A program made the translations under genes and the position numbers. A DNA stretch of 55,955 nucleotides, the filler included, from Basidiobolus ranarum (lineage: Eukaryota): the NCBI GenBank assembly GCA_040143965.1. It is 4 parts of 4 records of this genome, joined end to end, with 100 filler letters (N's around TTAATTAATTAA, not from the genome) between each part and the next. Parts side by side here need not be neighbours in the genome. Positions count along the whole stretch, not along the records: positions 1 to 13,942 come from JASJQH010007327.1; positions 14,043 to 27,976 come from JASJQH010007328.1; 2 more parts are not named here. One strand, given 5' to 3'. Positions 13,763-24,499 of the stretch are shown here, one piece after another. Within the stretch, counting starts at the first letter, position 1, and the number at the start of each line of letters is the position of its first letter. Under the pieces are notes generated by a model that saw only the letters and a list, made by a program, of their open reading frames with translations, made no database searches and was not told where the DNA came from.

Positions 13763-13942
13763 GGACTTGTTCTCAGTGATAGTGCCAGATTATGCTATAT
13801 ATATCATATTGGATGAAGTATTCTAACATTTGTGTGGCACAATTTGGCACTATCCATCACCCTCTGGCACAATCAAATTCAATCACATTTACTCTAATAT
13901 ATAGATCCAAGGTCCAATAAATCCTGGCACAATGGAACAAGT
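13763..13942. repeat. Dispersed repeat, copy 1 (diverged copy at 24565-24733)
   Basis: Both copies read ggacttgttctc.gtgatagtgcca ... ccaaggtcc.ataaatcctggcac.atggaacaagt. Confidence 0.85.
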
Positions 13943-14042
13943 NNNNNNNNNNNNNNNNNNNNNNNNNNNNNNNNNNNNNNNNNNNNTTAATTAATTAANN
14001 NNNNNNNNNNNNNNNNNNNNNNNNNNNNNNNNNNNNNNNNNN
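13943..14042. other. Artificial contig spacer
   Basis: N44-TTAATTAATTAA-N44, exactly 100 bp; the core gives stops in all six frames. Confidence 0.97.
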
Positions 14043-14246
14043 CGCAATGATGTCCTTGTAATAAGTGTCGGCCACTTCTATCTGATTCTGGAGGAGATCG
14101 AGCATTGGTTGCCCAGCCAACAGAGTCTTCAAGTTTCGAAGTGCTCTCCGAGACGCTTTCAGTTCCCAGGAATCGACTTCGTTGTTTTCAACAGTTTGGC
14201 CATTTGGCCAAGAATATTTGATGGACAATGCTGGTGGAAAAGACAT
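14043..14246 (-). CDS. Hypothetical protein, N-terminal fragment cut by the contig end
   Basis: ATG at 14246 opens MSFPPALSIKYSWPNGQTVENNEVDSWELKASRRALRNLKTLLAGQPMLDLLQNQIEVADTYYKDIIA, open up to the gap. A TATA-like element lies about 80 bp upstream. Confidence 0.6.
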
Positions 14247-15014
14247 AGAGCGAAATATGCCAGTCAATGGTCGATTGGATAGGAGAGTCTGATTTGTCCA
14301 ATTATTGGTAGATTCTTCATGGCTTATATATTAGTGCGCTCGGCCGAATTGACCGAATCTTCTGTGGACGGACCGAGTCACGGACCGAATCACGGGAAGA
14401 ATCACGGACGAGTCAAGAACTAGGATTCAATGGTGTATGTTCACATACAGGTATCATACAACGAATTATCGGAGTCAGTGCACTTTCTTCTATAAATTGC
14501 TTACACGCTCCTTGAAGGGTTGGCTCAACAGCTTTGATAGATCTGTATGACAGGCTACATCCTTGCACCAATGACCGATATATATATATATAACAAGGAC
14601 AAGGAAAATGTTCCCTGATAGAAGAGTGCACCGTTGTTGACTTGATAAACGTGTACGATTCGTTACTAAAGCGCCTGCTATTAGAAGTACGATTGGGCAT
14701 ACTGTAGTTATGTTGCTTTATGAGGTGATATAGTAGCCAATGTGGTGTGAAAATGTTTGCCACAAAAAGTTTCAACGCTTGTCCACAAGCACTACGAGTT
14801 GCGGCTTCTATTTGAACATAATACACTAGAATTCATAAGAAGGTATAGGAAAGCGAGTAATATAAACGAAAAAAAATAAGCAAGAAAAAGTGTTGTGGCG
14901 ATGCTCTTGGAAACTTACCAATGCTGGATGACCTACAGTACAATAAAATTGTATGTTGCTGGTCTGATTGCTGCTTACTTATTCTTATCGTTGCATTATT
15001 GGCTTTTGATGGAT

Positions 15015-16200
15015 TCTTTGTTTCGACATTTAGCACTTGTAAGAATACGAAATGAAACCTTTGAAGTGACTTTTCTTCACACTTTTGCAAGCTTCCGTAA
15101 TTCTTTTTGATAAAGTGTCTTGCTACAAACATCTATGGCACCTAACTTTATTCTTTGCCACTGGCCAAAATTGTTTTATTGGGTTAAGCTCAGGAGAGCA
15201 AGTAGGAAGATACACACATTTATATCCTCGATATTCAATATACTTCTTTATGTTTTCATGCTTATTTATTTTGCATTATTCATGACTATATGTTGACCTT
15301 TTATATATGGATGTTTGTCCATTTTATCTAGAATCATTTTTAGGAAACTAATGCAGTGATCTGTTTCAGTTCCTGAACTTTTATATCCATCAACCTCTAG
15401 TAGGTCTTGGTTTTTTTATGGCAACTATAACCAAACCTATGGCAGAAATAGGGCCCAATATAGACGTTGTGTTTGCTCTTGTAGCTGACCTGGTAATAAT
15501 AGCACGAGTACCTTTTTGGACCAAGATCTTGAGCGTCTCATATATTTATATCAAAAGCAGACTCGTTGATAAATATTCAATTCGTTTGGAAGTTCATGTC
15601 TGTATTTTCCCATTTACAAACTCAATCGAACTGCTCCTCAACCTTTATTGGACTGTTTCTTTCAATGGAATGAAAATCTGCTTTTTTCAACGAAAGGTTG
15701 CATTCGCTTCTCATAAAGTTATAAACAGTGCTGCGTGAAGCCTTAAGATCATTGTATCGTTTCAATAAATGCTCAGTCACTTCAACAACAATAGCAGGGG
15801 GATTACCATCAATGAAGTTGATAACAGTCGTGTTATGTTCTTGGGCCAAAATACACCTACGACCTACTTTTTTTACAGTTCTCAAAAACACCGTCAGGGC
15901 ACACATGATAGTGGTTAACCCATCTCTGCGCTGTTCGAATGTGAATGCCCAACTGCTTCACTGCAGCTGATGTACTCATACACTTTTCAGATCGAAAAAC
16001 CTAGCTTTATCCTGGACAGTAAAACGCACATAATCCCGTTATGTATTTGCCTCCTTCATACGGATATTTTCATCTTTTGGCTTTTCTATCAACATTGGGT
16101 AAGTCAGAGAAGATTCACTAGAGGCCGCGTTTTTTAAGTATTCAGAATGAGTCGCCATCGTCTCGACAATAAATTCATTCTGATCAACGATATAGTCCAT
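15015..16200 (-). mobile_element. Degenerate IS630/Tc1-mariner (DDE_3-type) transposase relic
   Basis: Fragments VINFIDGNPPAIVVEVTEHL..SRSTVYNFMRSECNLSLKK..ERNS, IFINESAF, WSKKGTRA..TTSILGPISAIG and GYKCVYLPTCSPELNPIKQFW, with several stops and frameshifts. Ends are approximate. Confidence 0.85.
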
Positions 16201-17102
16201 GGGCTCATAGTGTACACCTAGAATTGGTATTAGGTTTCTCTCGACGATGTTATCTATTTGAATTCATGCTCTTCAACAGCTAAATAACTTCAGGGACATC
16301 TAGATTCAATCAATACAAGATACTGGGCTTATCCGTGTGAATTATCTTCTTGTCCAATACCAAGTACTTCGATGTACCTGGCTCGTTTTTATCAATACAT
16401 AGCGGCATCCACCCCCTCTCTGGTTTGGATACGCTCTGTATAGCTACTTATTCACATGATTTAGGAGACCTAAAAGGTAAACATAAATTACAAATAAAAC
16501 CAGGTAACATGTCAGTATAGTAGTATTCCCCATTTCAATCGAAGGTGGCTTATGTCTATGCTTCAAGTAGTGGTAGTATTGGAGATGGAGTATCCTAACT
16601 GTCTAGGCATATTATGCAATGCGGTTGTCGGGAATTTATTTGCATTAATCTAGGTAAGGATTAACGAGATTAAATCAAATTACTATTATATCACTGTGGG
16701 GAAATTTCACTTATACGCTAGAAATACCTGCGTAATGGGGAAAGGCGAATTCAATGCCAGGCGGGGAGCTTTAGTGGCAAAATTATATATTCCGAATCTT
16801 GTCGTAGTGAGATCCTTGTTAATTATAGTATGAACAAGTCCACTTAAAATAAAGACTAATAACAAATGAATTCCTACCATGGACGTAAAACCTCTGGAGT
16901 AGCGTAAGTGAACTTCATCTTCGGGCATGCATATCATTTTCATATATATGAGTCAATATCTCAACTTACTAAAGTATTGTTCTATCTTTCCTTGTTACAA
17001 AAGGTTTCCTGACTTTTCGGAAAAGCTGTAGTATTCACTTGAAAAAAAGCTACATTCACTTTATACCATTCCTTGTTTAACTCACTTATTCCAACATCCA
17101 TT

Positions 17103-18581
17103 ATGGCAGCAGTTCATATCACATCTCCAATTGTCAGACATGCTCCGTTACTGGAAAGCGCTAAAATCACAGAGCTGGATTTGCGCGGAGAGACATGTTG
17201 GTTTGTTCTGACCATAGTGCCTCTTTCCGCTGATAATCTGAGTAATCCGGGGACTTCTACGAGATCCTATAAAATCTTCAGAAGGTTCGAACATTTCCAA
17301 TATTTCGCAAACTACATAAAAGTGGAGTGTAAAGATTCCAATTGCCAAGTACCGAAGTTGAAAATAAGAAAGAGGTTGCTGTTTTCAAAGAACTTATACG
17401 CTGAGCGTAGAAAAGAAGATTTGAACCGGTTTTTATTGAAAATCTTTCAACTCCCATTGAAAGTTAAATCTTCTCTCTGTTTCGCTGAATTCTTGGGTAT
17501 TTGGAAGGGTGATCTGAAGGAGAATCGTTTAGATTCAGTCTCGTTGGCCCCGAAACTGGATTACTTAGATGAGGAATCATCTTCAGAAGTTAAAAAAATC
17601 GTAGTCACAACTTCACGAAAATCTACTGCTGCAACTGATAAAGAAGCCCTTATTCCCAGTCACTGCCCACCTATCAGAAGTGATTCACTCAAACAAACAA
17701 CATCCAACTTAAATCAGGAACCTAGGCCGTACCTAAAGCAGAGGAAAGAGTCCACCGAGGATATTGTGTGTGCTGAACCTAATGTTCAGCGTGCCAAAAC
17801 ATGCCTAACTAAAAGTTTGAGTAGCCACAATATGATGTCATCTCCGTGGAATAACTTAGAGAAAACCCCCTCTTTAAAGGTGGCACCTTGGAATATTCGT
17901 CACCTGACTCCAAAAGAGATGTTCACTCTGGAAGATAAACGACAATCCCTTACCAGATCGCATACATACACTCTAGGGATCAGGAGAAGTATGCACTTTA
18001 TATCTCCATTTATTCGAATTAAGGTGCTTCTGAATTCCGAACACATAATTACCTTTCTAGTTCCCAGAAACGTTCAACTCGACGAAATGAGACGACGTAT
18101 TAGTGAAAAAATTAAAAAAAGTGGAATAGACGAGTTCGTCCAAGAGGATGGGATAATTCCCTGCTACAAATATGATAACAAACTTGTAATAGTAGCTACT
18201 AACGAGGATCTTCGTAGAGTCTTGGTAGATAATAGAGATAAATTCGTCTTTTATCTACCTTCGAATAACCTTTTGGAAGAGTTCTTCTGGATGAGAGAAG
18301 TGATGGAGAACAGACACAGCATACGTGACTCTAAAAAACCCAACGAAAAGAAGAAATTCTCCCAATTAGAGGCCCTTGAATTACGCCAAGCCGCTTTACT
18401 TTCCTTTCAAAAGCGCAACACCCTAGTTAACTTCCGAAAGAGTGAATCCCTATCAGTCTTACAAGCCATACCAAATATAGGTCCTAATGCAGTCAAGCCT
18501 AACCACCATTCTGCAGGGATACCAAGAAGTCGGTACCAAAATAGGCAATACAGAAGGAGCAGAGAGCATAACCAACTCTAA
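17103..18581 (+). CDS. PX domain plus PB1-like domain protein
   Basis: N-terminal PX pattern (YKIFRRFEHF..VPKL..ERRKEDLNRFL..I..LP..FL) and PB1-like pattern (IRIKV..I..VPRNV.LDEMRRRISEK..YKYD..NEDL). First ATG at 17103. Confidence 0.7.
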   Translation: MAAVHITSPIVRHAPLLESAKITELDLRGETCWFVLTIVPLSADNLSNPGTSTRSYKIFRRFEHFQYFANYIKVECKDSNCQVPKLKIRKRLLFSKNLYAERRKEDLNRFLLKIFQLPLKVKSSLCFAEFLGIWKGDLKENRLDSVSLAPKLDYLDEESSSEVKKIVVTTSRKSTAATDKEALIPSHCPPIRSDSLKQTTSNLNQEPRPYLKQRKESTEDIVCAEPNVQRAKTCLTKSLSSHNMMSSPWNNLEKTPSLKVAPWNIRHLTPKEMFTLEDKRQSLTRSHTYTLGIRRSMHFISPFIRIKVLLNSEHIITFLVPRNVQLDEMRRRISEKIKKSGIDEFVQEDGIIPCYKYDNKLVIVATNEDLRRVLVDNRDKFVFYLPSNNLLEEFFWMREVMENRHSIRDSKKPNEKKKFSQLEALELRQAALLSFQKRNTLVNFRKSESLSVLQAIPNIGPNAVKPNHHSAGIPRSRYQNRQYRRSREHNQL

Positions 18582-19256
18582 ATAGTAATGTATGTCAGGA
18601 ACCAAGAAAATGCTTCGTTAGTAGTTTCTCCCAGTCAGGTGATTATCTAAGAGAAAATATCCAAGCTGTCTGATGTTCAGTTTTCAAGATTTTCAAGGAT
18701 TTCACAAGTCACATAGATAGTCATTGTTATATTTGCCTACTAATTAAGTGATGTATCCTTTATGTATATATCTTCCCACCCCTTCTTTGCTATCACTACA
18801 ATCAACAATTTCTCGTATTTATTTGCTTTCTCATTAATAACTTAATAGACACTACCTCCACTAGATATATCGCATTGATTGACATATGTTGACCTGTTCG
18901 GTTCTCAAATTATCCACGGATTAATTAAATTTAATCCGACAAATGATGAGATGTGGAGTTTGAATGAAGGTTGATTGGATTTTAGGGATTTATTGAATAA
19001 TAATTAACAATGTTATGTGAAAAACTTACTCTCTGAGATATGCTGAAGTCAGCTGCTCAAAATTATATACAAAGGTTGATAGAAAAAATCCCTGGAAGCT
19101 CTGGTTGAATAAAATATCATTTAGAAGAGTCGGGTTCATTCAAGTGCTTTCATATAAAAGTGCAAAAATTCAAAAGACAATGACGAAGATATTAGAAGGG
19201 TGCGTAATGAACTTTTTCGTGATGCATAGGCGAATATACCTATCCTACAACACCTG

Positions 19257-22200
19257 CTACGTTGATGCTTCTGTTGAGCTAGCCTTGTCTCTACCTGAAT
19301 TCATGAACACATTCCAGTATTCTCGGGTAGCGCCACAGCTTCTGACATGGGTCAGTATCGACGGAAGAATATCGGATATGGCCTTGAATAAAGGTGTAAC
19401 AACAAAATCTGCAAATGTAATTGCTAGCCGTGGTTGCTGTGGATTACCACGGTCGCCAAAAGCAGAGACAGGGAGTTGTATTTCTTTCTCCAGATCACCC
19501 TATATATAGGAATATATTGAAGGGATAATTAGCTTGGATCCACACATGCACACACTAAGTGGTTGAATGGAAAATTACCTGATTAAACATTTCCTCTTGT
19601 ATAAGATCAGACCAAGCGCGAGCTAAATGTAAGGGTCTAATGGTGTTGCTAACATCCGCACATTTCATGAGCATTTCCAGCAGCCTAAGTCGATGACTCC
19701 GATCATCCCATCTCCATCCCGAAGTAACACATTCATTGAAATTGGCCATCACTTCCATGTGTCGGCCCATATCCGTGGCTAGTATACATTTAATGATGAT
19801 TGAGCGCAGCTCAGCAACAACCGCAGCAGAGAGATCCCCAAATATATTGGCTTCAGGTAAATTACGCAAAAGCACGAAAGTTTGATGTGCGTGAAAGTTC
19901 TCTAGCACAGATGAATCATTGTATAGAATTGCCAACTCGGAGCTGGTCGCTACATGGAAGTTATTGGTGTGCCCATCATGAGAAAGGTCATGACAAAGAC
20001 ACGCAACAATGAAGGCAAATCTCTCATTCATTGTGAAAATGGAATGGCTGGGAGAACTGGATTTCGATGCCGGAGCCTCATGTATGTGAGTGCTTTCTTC
20101 AAGAAGGTCAGGTGGTGAATCATCTAAAGTGTTGGTAAGTTCTGAATCTTTTGTAATCACTATTGGGTCTTCGTAATAGTCTGGACATGAGTGGAGCTGT
20201 TGTAACATTTGATTTTTGGCTAGTAATGACAATGGGTTCTCGCATTGTGTGTCTAGCGGTTCATTGAAGTTGAAATCACAAGCTTCACGAAGAAACAGAT
20301 ACCCTGCTTGTGTAACATCAAAAGCATGCCTAAAGTTATGGTAGGGGTTCTGAGAGGTATTGTATCCATCTTTAACAGCATGAAGGAAAGCAGTAAGCGT
20401 TTCCAAAGAAATGTTGTAGTGTTGTATAAAACCGAGTTCATTGAACATGTCGACCAGGAACGGTAAAAGTTCCATTTCGGTATATGACCAGACGTCAAAT
20501 CCCCACGAATTAAGCAATATGGCCCGCTGGGGTTTTGGAAAAATCGCAGAAGGACTGGGCGGTGATTCCGGATAGTTGCGCTCAGAAGTGGGTGTGGGAG
20601 GTACTGTGGTTATCGATTCGGATTCACTTTTCAACTGTGATGCGGGTGATAAATACAACCCATTACAATTTGAGTTCGATTGTTTAGAAGGGCTGTGTGA
20701 TTTGAGTGTGTATGAAGAAGGCTCCACCCAATCATCAGTAGTGCCTTCATTGAAGCTTGGAATGTCATCTTTGCATTGATGAAGCTCTTCATTTTCGTCA
20801 GGTTGATATTCAGGGATGTTTTCGAGTGCCATATCATACGTATATTCATTTTTGAAGTTAGCACCACGACTATCACTCTTGGCGGTGATGATAGGTTCAT
20901 CATGCTCTAAATCAGACAGCTCAAGATAATGGTTGAACGAAGGCCCATCAGGGCCGAAAAGCTCTGCATTGGACAATTGATCATGAACGCTATGCATTCT
21001 TTGCCTGCGTGATCTTAATCCATTAGCAAACCGACTAAGCTGTTGAGTGTCTGAATTACGACGTTGGTTCGAACCTCGATAGTAAAATCCGCCTCCGCTC
21101 ATGTTTTTGTAATCCATTGGATCTTCAGACTCATTGGCATGACTACGCTCCCATACATCCGAGGGCCAACCATTTTCACCGTACATGGAATATACCGATC
21201 CCTCTAAAGATGATGCTCTACGATGTCGAGAAGGATACGATCGCCGAGATCTTTCTAGCCGAATTCCATCCGGGGGTGTGGACAACGGAGCATCTCGAAT
21301 CACTTCAGTGGATAGCCAGTTACGAGTCTCTCGGTCAAGATTTTTGTTGTGCAAAAGCTTTTCAAAAGCTGGCCGGTACAAATTGGTAGATTTTAAGGAG
21401 GATAGAATAGTGGCAAGAGTTTTCCTATAAATCATAATAATGTTGTCAGCAAAATGGGTAATATAGAATGAAGTACTAATATATGAATGTCGGCGTACTT
21501 CGCTTCATCAGACATGCCAGTACTTTGCAAAAGATCGGTAACAGTCCTAGTAATAAGGTTGATTGGCGTTTCAATAGCTTGCAACATCTGATCTTGTAAC
21601 ATATCGACAGCCAGTTCAAGAGACCTTCTTTTATTACGCTCCTCTTCAAGCATTAACATAACCTGTATTTGTATAAAGTTATTTAGAAAGATAATACATT
21701 AAGACAGTTTGCAGATATTCCTTCTTACCTTTCTCTCCTTTCGTTTACGCCAAACACTTCTCCAAACGGTTTTCACTGTTTCCAATCGAACAGGTTTTAA
21801 AACATAATCATCAGCACCCAACTGAAGGCAATTGCAAGCAAGTTCAAGTTGTTCGGGATCCGCCATCACTAGAAGATTCTGGTTTAATAGTCAGAAAAAC
21901 AATATGTTAAAAACTAGAACTTACTAATTACTGGAAGGTCCTTGAGGTCATCACTAGAGCGAATACTTTTTAGAATTTCAAGGCCTTGATTTTGTCCATT
22001 AGAGTTCTCATAAGTGATGCTAACAATCACTAATTGGTAGGTGATGGAAGGCTTTTCAAATTCGATCTATGAAAACGAAATTTGAGTATCAGCCAATTAC
22101 AAAAGTGGTAAATATTAACTAAAGTTTACATAGGAATCGTTGCAAGATCTGCGGAGAATTGCTAAGGCTGAATTAGTATCGGCCACCAAATCAACTATCA

Positions 22201-22637
22201 AAGATTATAAAGTTAATAATCCTGTGTATACGTTAAAAAAGTATATGGAATATACCAGGATAGCCGATTTTTCTTAAGTGCTGTCTTACGAGGCGACCGT
22301 GTAATATATCATCGTCATAAATCAGAACTTTCACTTCACTCGGACTAAAACTAAGCTTCCTCAAGAAAAATTGATGAAAGGTTGGATCCGTGGGGGAAAT
22401 GGGAGGAGTATATTGATCAAGAGAGGTCGTAGAACTTTTGCGCTCAGTTTCTGACGGAGTTGAGTTTAGTCCAACAGGTGCTGTCAATATAAGTGGTGAT
22501 AACGAGGGCTTTAAATTGGAGGGATGGTCGTATATTTCGAGATTATCGCTAGATATAATCGTAGCGGCATGATCGTAGGACGTAGATCTCATGGATCTCA
22601 ACGGGACAGGTTTAGTAAGATCCGGATTGTAATGCAT
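19257..22637 (-). CDS. Class I cyclic-nucleotide phosphodiesterase with an N-terminal (pseudo-)receiver domain, RegA-like architecture; multi-exon
   Basis: Catalytic motifs NPYHNFRHAFDV, CHDLSHDGHTN, LYNDSSVLENFH, ILATDM, KCADVSN and EEMFNQGD. Small exons at about 21730-22330 splice to KVLIYDDD..YQLVIVSITY..GLEILKSIR..LPVIMMA..LGADDYVLKP. Last exon 19500-19257. Confidence 0.9.
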
Positions 22638-24499
22638 TTTCAACTAGGAGTGAACCAATGTATTGAAGAGGAGTAAACTTTATCGACCGGACCAGAAGAA
22701 TTAAAGAATATCAATGGCTGAAGTAATAAGGAAGAGAGGGCATTATTTTAAGAGCCTGAATCAAACCTTTAAACTAGTAAACTCCCGAAAGAAATAGACA
22801 ATGGTATGTCGATATTCTTGCTTTGAAATATTACTTACAGAAGAACAAGAAAAAAAGAGCTGGTAAGAATAACTTGACTCTTTAGAACTTATAATAGAAT
22901 ATACAAAAGTAAAGTTTGGAAATAACCAAGATACAGCGAACGTAAAGATTAAACGAGAAATTACTTCTAAATGAGAGCTGAAAAAGGAGTCTAAGTTACG
23001 AATTTGATTGAATACACGGTTAGCAAAACTGGCGAAAGTGAGATTATAGCAGATGTTACGTCATGATCCGAAACAAGAAGTATCAGTTTTCCCATTAATT
23101 TGTGTTCCAGCACAATATAAATTGGATACAAATTGCGAAGATAGCAAATTCATTGGCCTTCGCTAATCTCTCATTTTCACTATTCTATTGTAGAAGAAAC
23201 GGGATTGCTCATGTTTCTCTTTGTCTCTATTCGATCCAAACTCGACCATAATATGTTTGAAATCTAGCAGAACTAGTGTATCCCGGTTTCAGACCGTCTT
23301 GTTGGCTCTAGGTTCTTATCTAAGCAGCTTTGATTAGTACACCGGTAGAAACCGTGTCTAATACTATTTTGTTTACTACATGGCTGAGGTGCTAATGAGC
23401 ATTTGCTCTACTGTGAGAGTATAGTATACATCGTCAAATGTTTAACACGCATCCATTTTGCATCCCCATGGATAATTCTATCATTAGAAAGCACAAGATA
23501 AGCCACAAATTACGGGCCTTGTCAGTGGTTGAAGTAAAAGTTTGTTCAACCTGGGTGCTACTAGGTGATGTTAAACGCATCACCAACAACCCATTTTCAT
23601 CACGTTATCTACAGACCGCGAGATACACGGGATTGTATAGAGGCGAATTTTAAGTTTACGTAGATCGTTACAAATAGACCACATAATCAAGGCTCGGGTC
23701 AGCTACATTATTTATTTCCATTTACCAATATGCAAAACAACGCTCTGGATTACGTCGTTTCACACCCTTCTCTTCATGTCACTTTTAAGCAGGTTATGAA
23801 GATGTTGACACCCTGTGACCAGACTGACTTACCACGTAGCACACGATTGCCACCAACTTATCAGTGGTGACATCAGGTCAGTGTGGGTCCAAAGTGGGCT
23901 AACAAATCGTCCACCAGATAGATAGAACGAGCTAATCAGCCCAGACATAAAAAACTGCGTCTCTCGCTGCAATGCAAGTGTGGGAAATCTGGCAAAGAGG
24001 ATATTGGCAAACCTCCATGGGATTGGCGAAGGAGAGCCAAGTGATGGTGAAAGTTGAGTCTATTTCCATAAAAATCCATACAATTATGGATGAATGTTCC
24101 AGCAGAGCCTAGTAAGCGACACTAACCAACTATTTTGAAGACAGTTTTTTAGCATTGATCGATTGGATTTTATTGTTGCTTGATTGATAATTACTCTTAT
24201 TTTGGTAATGACTTGTTTGTTGGGCATATTACCAGGAAAGTTAAACCCATTGGCTATAATCTTTAGCTAAAGCCATATTTACAGTAGAGTACAGAGGGAT
24301 ACTGGAATGCCCGCATAGTAATCAGTGCAACAAGAAACAGTACAACTGCTATTAACGGCGACTCGCTTTAAGGGTGTTTTATCAATAGAAAGGGTTTTAC
24401 ATTATCAATGACTGATGGTAGGGTTAAGAGCATGTGGCCATAGACAAAATTGTACAAAAAATTATCAATCCTCGCCCAAAAATTTAATTAAATTTAAGA

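Noticed and set aside
13987-13998. TTAATTAATTAA palindrome occurring three times at about 14-kb spacing
   Set aside because: Synthetic linker embedded in N runs, not biological.
14340-14415. Short repeats as a possible CRISPR array
   Set aside because: Units are about 12 bp with no spacers, there are no cas genes, and the context is eukaryotic.
23056-23063. CRE-like TTACGTCA upstream of the PDE, and CACGTG boxes near 33900 and 48255
   Set aside because: Single short motifs cannot be supported without conservation data.
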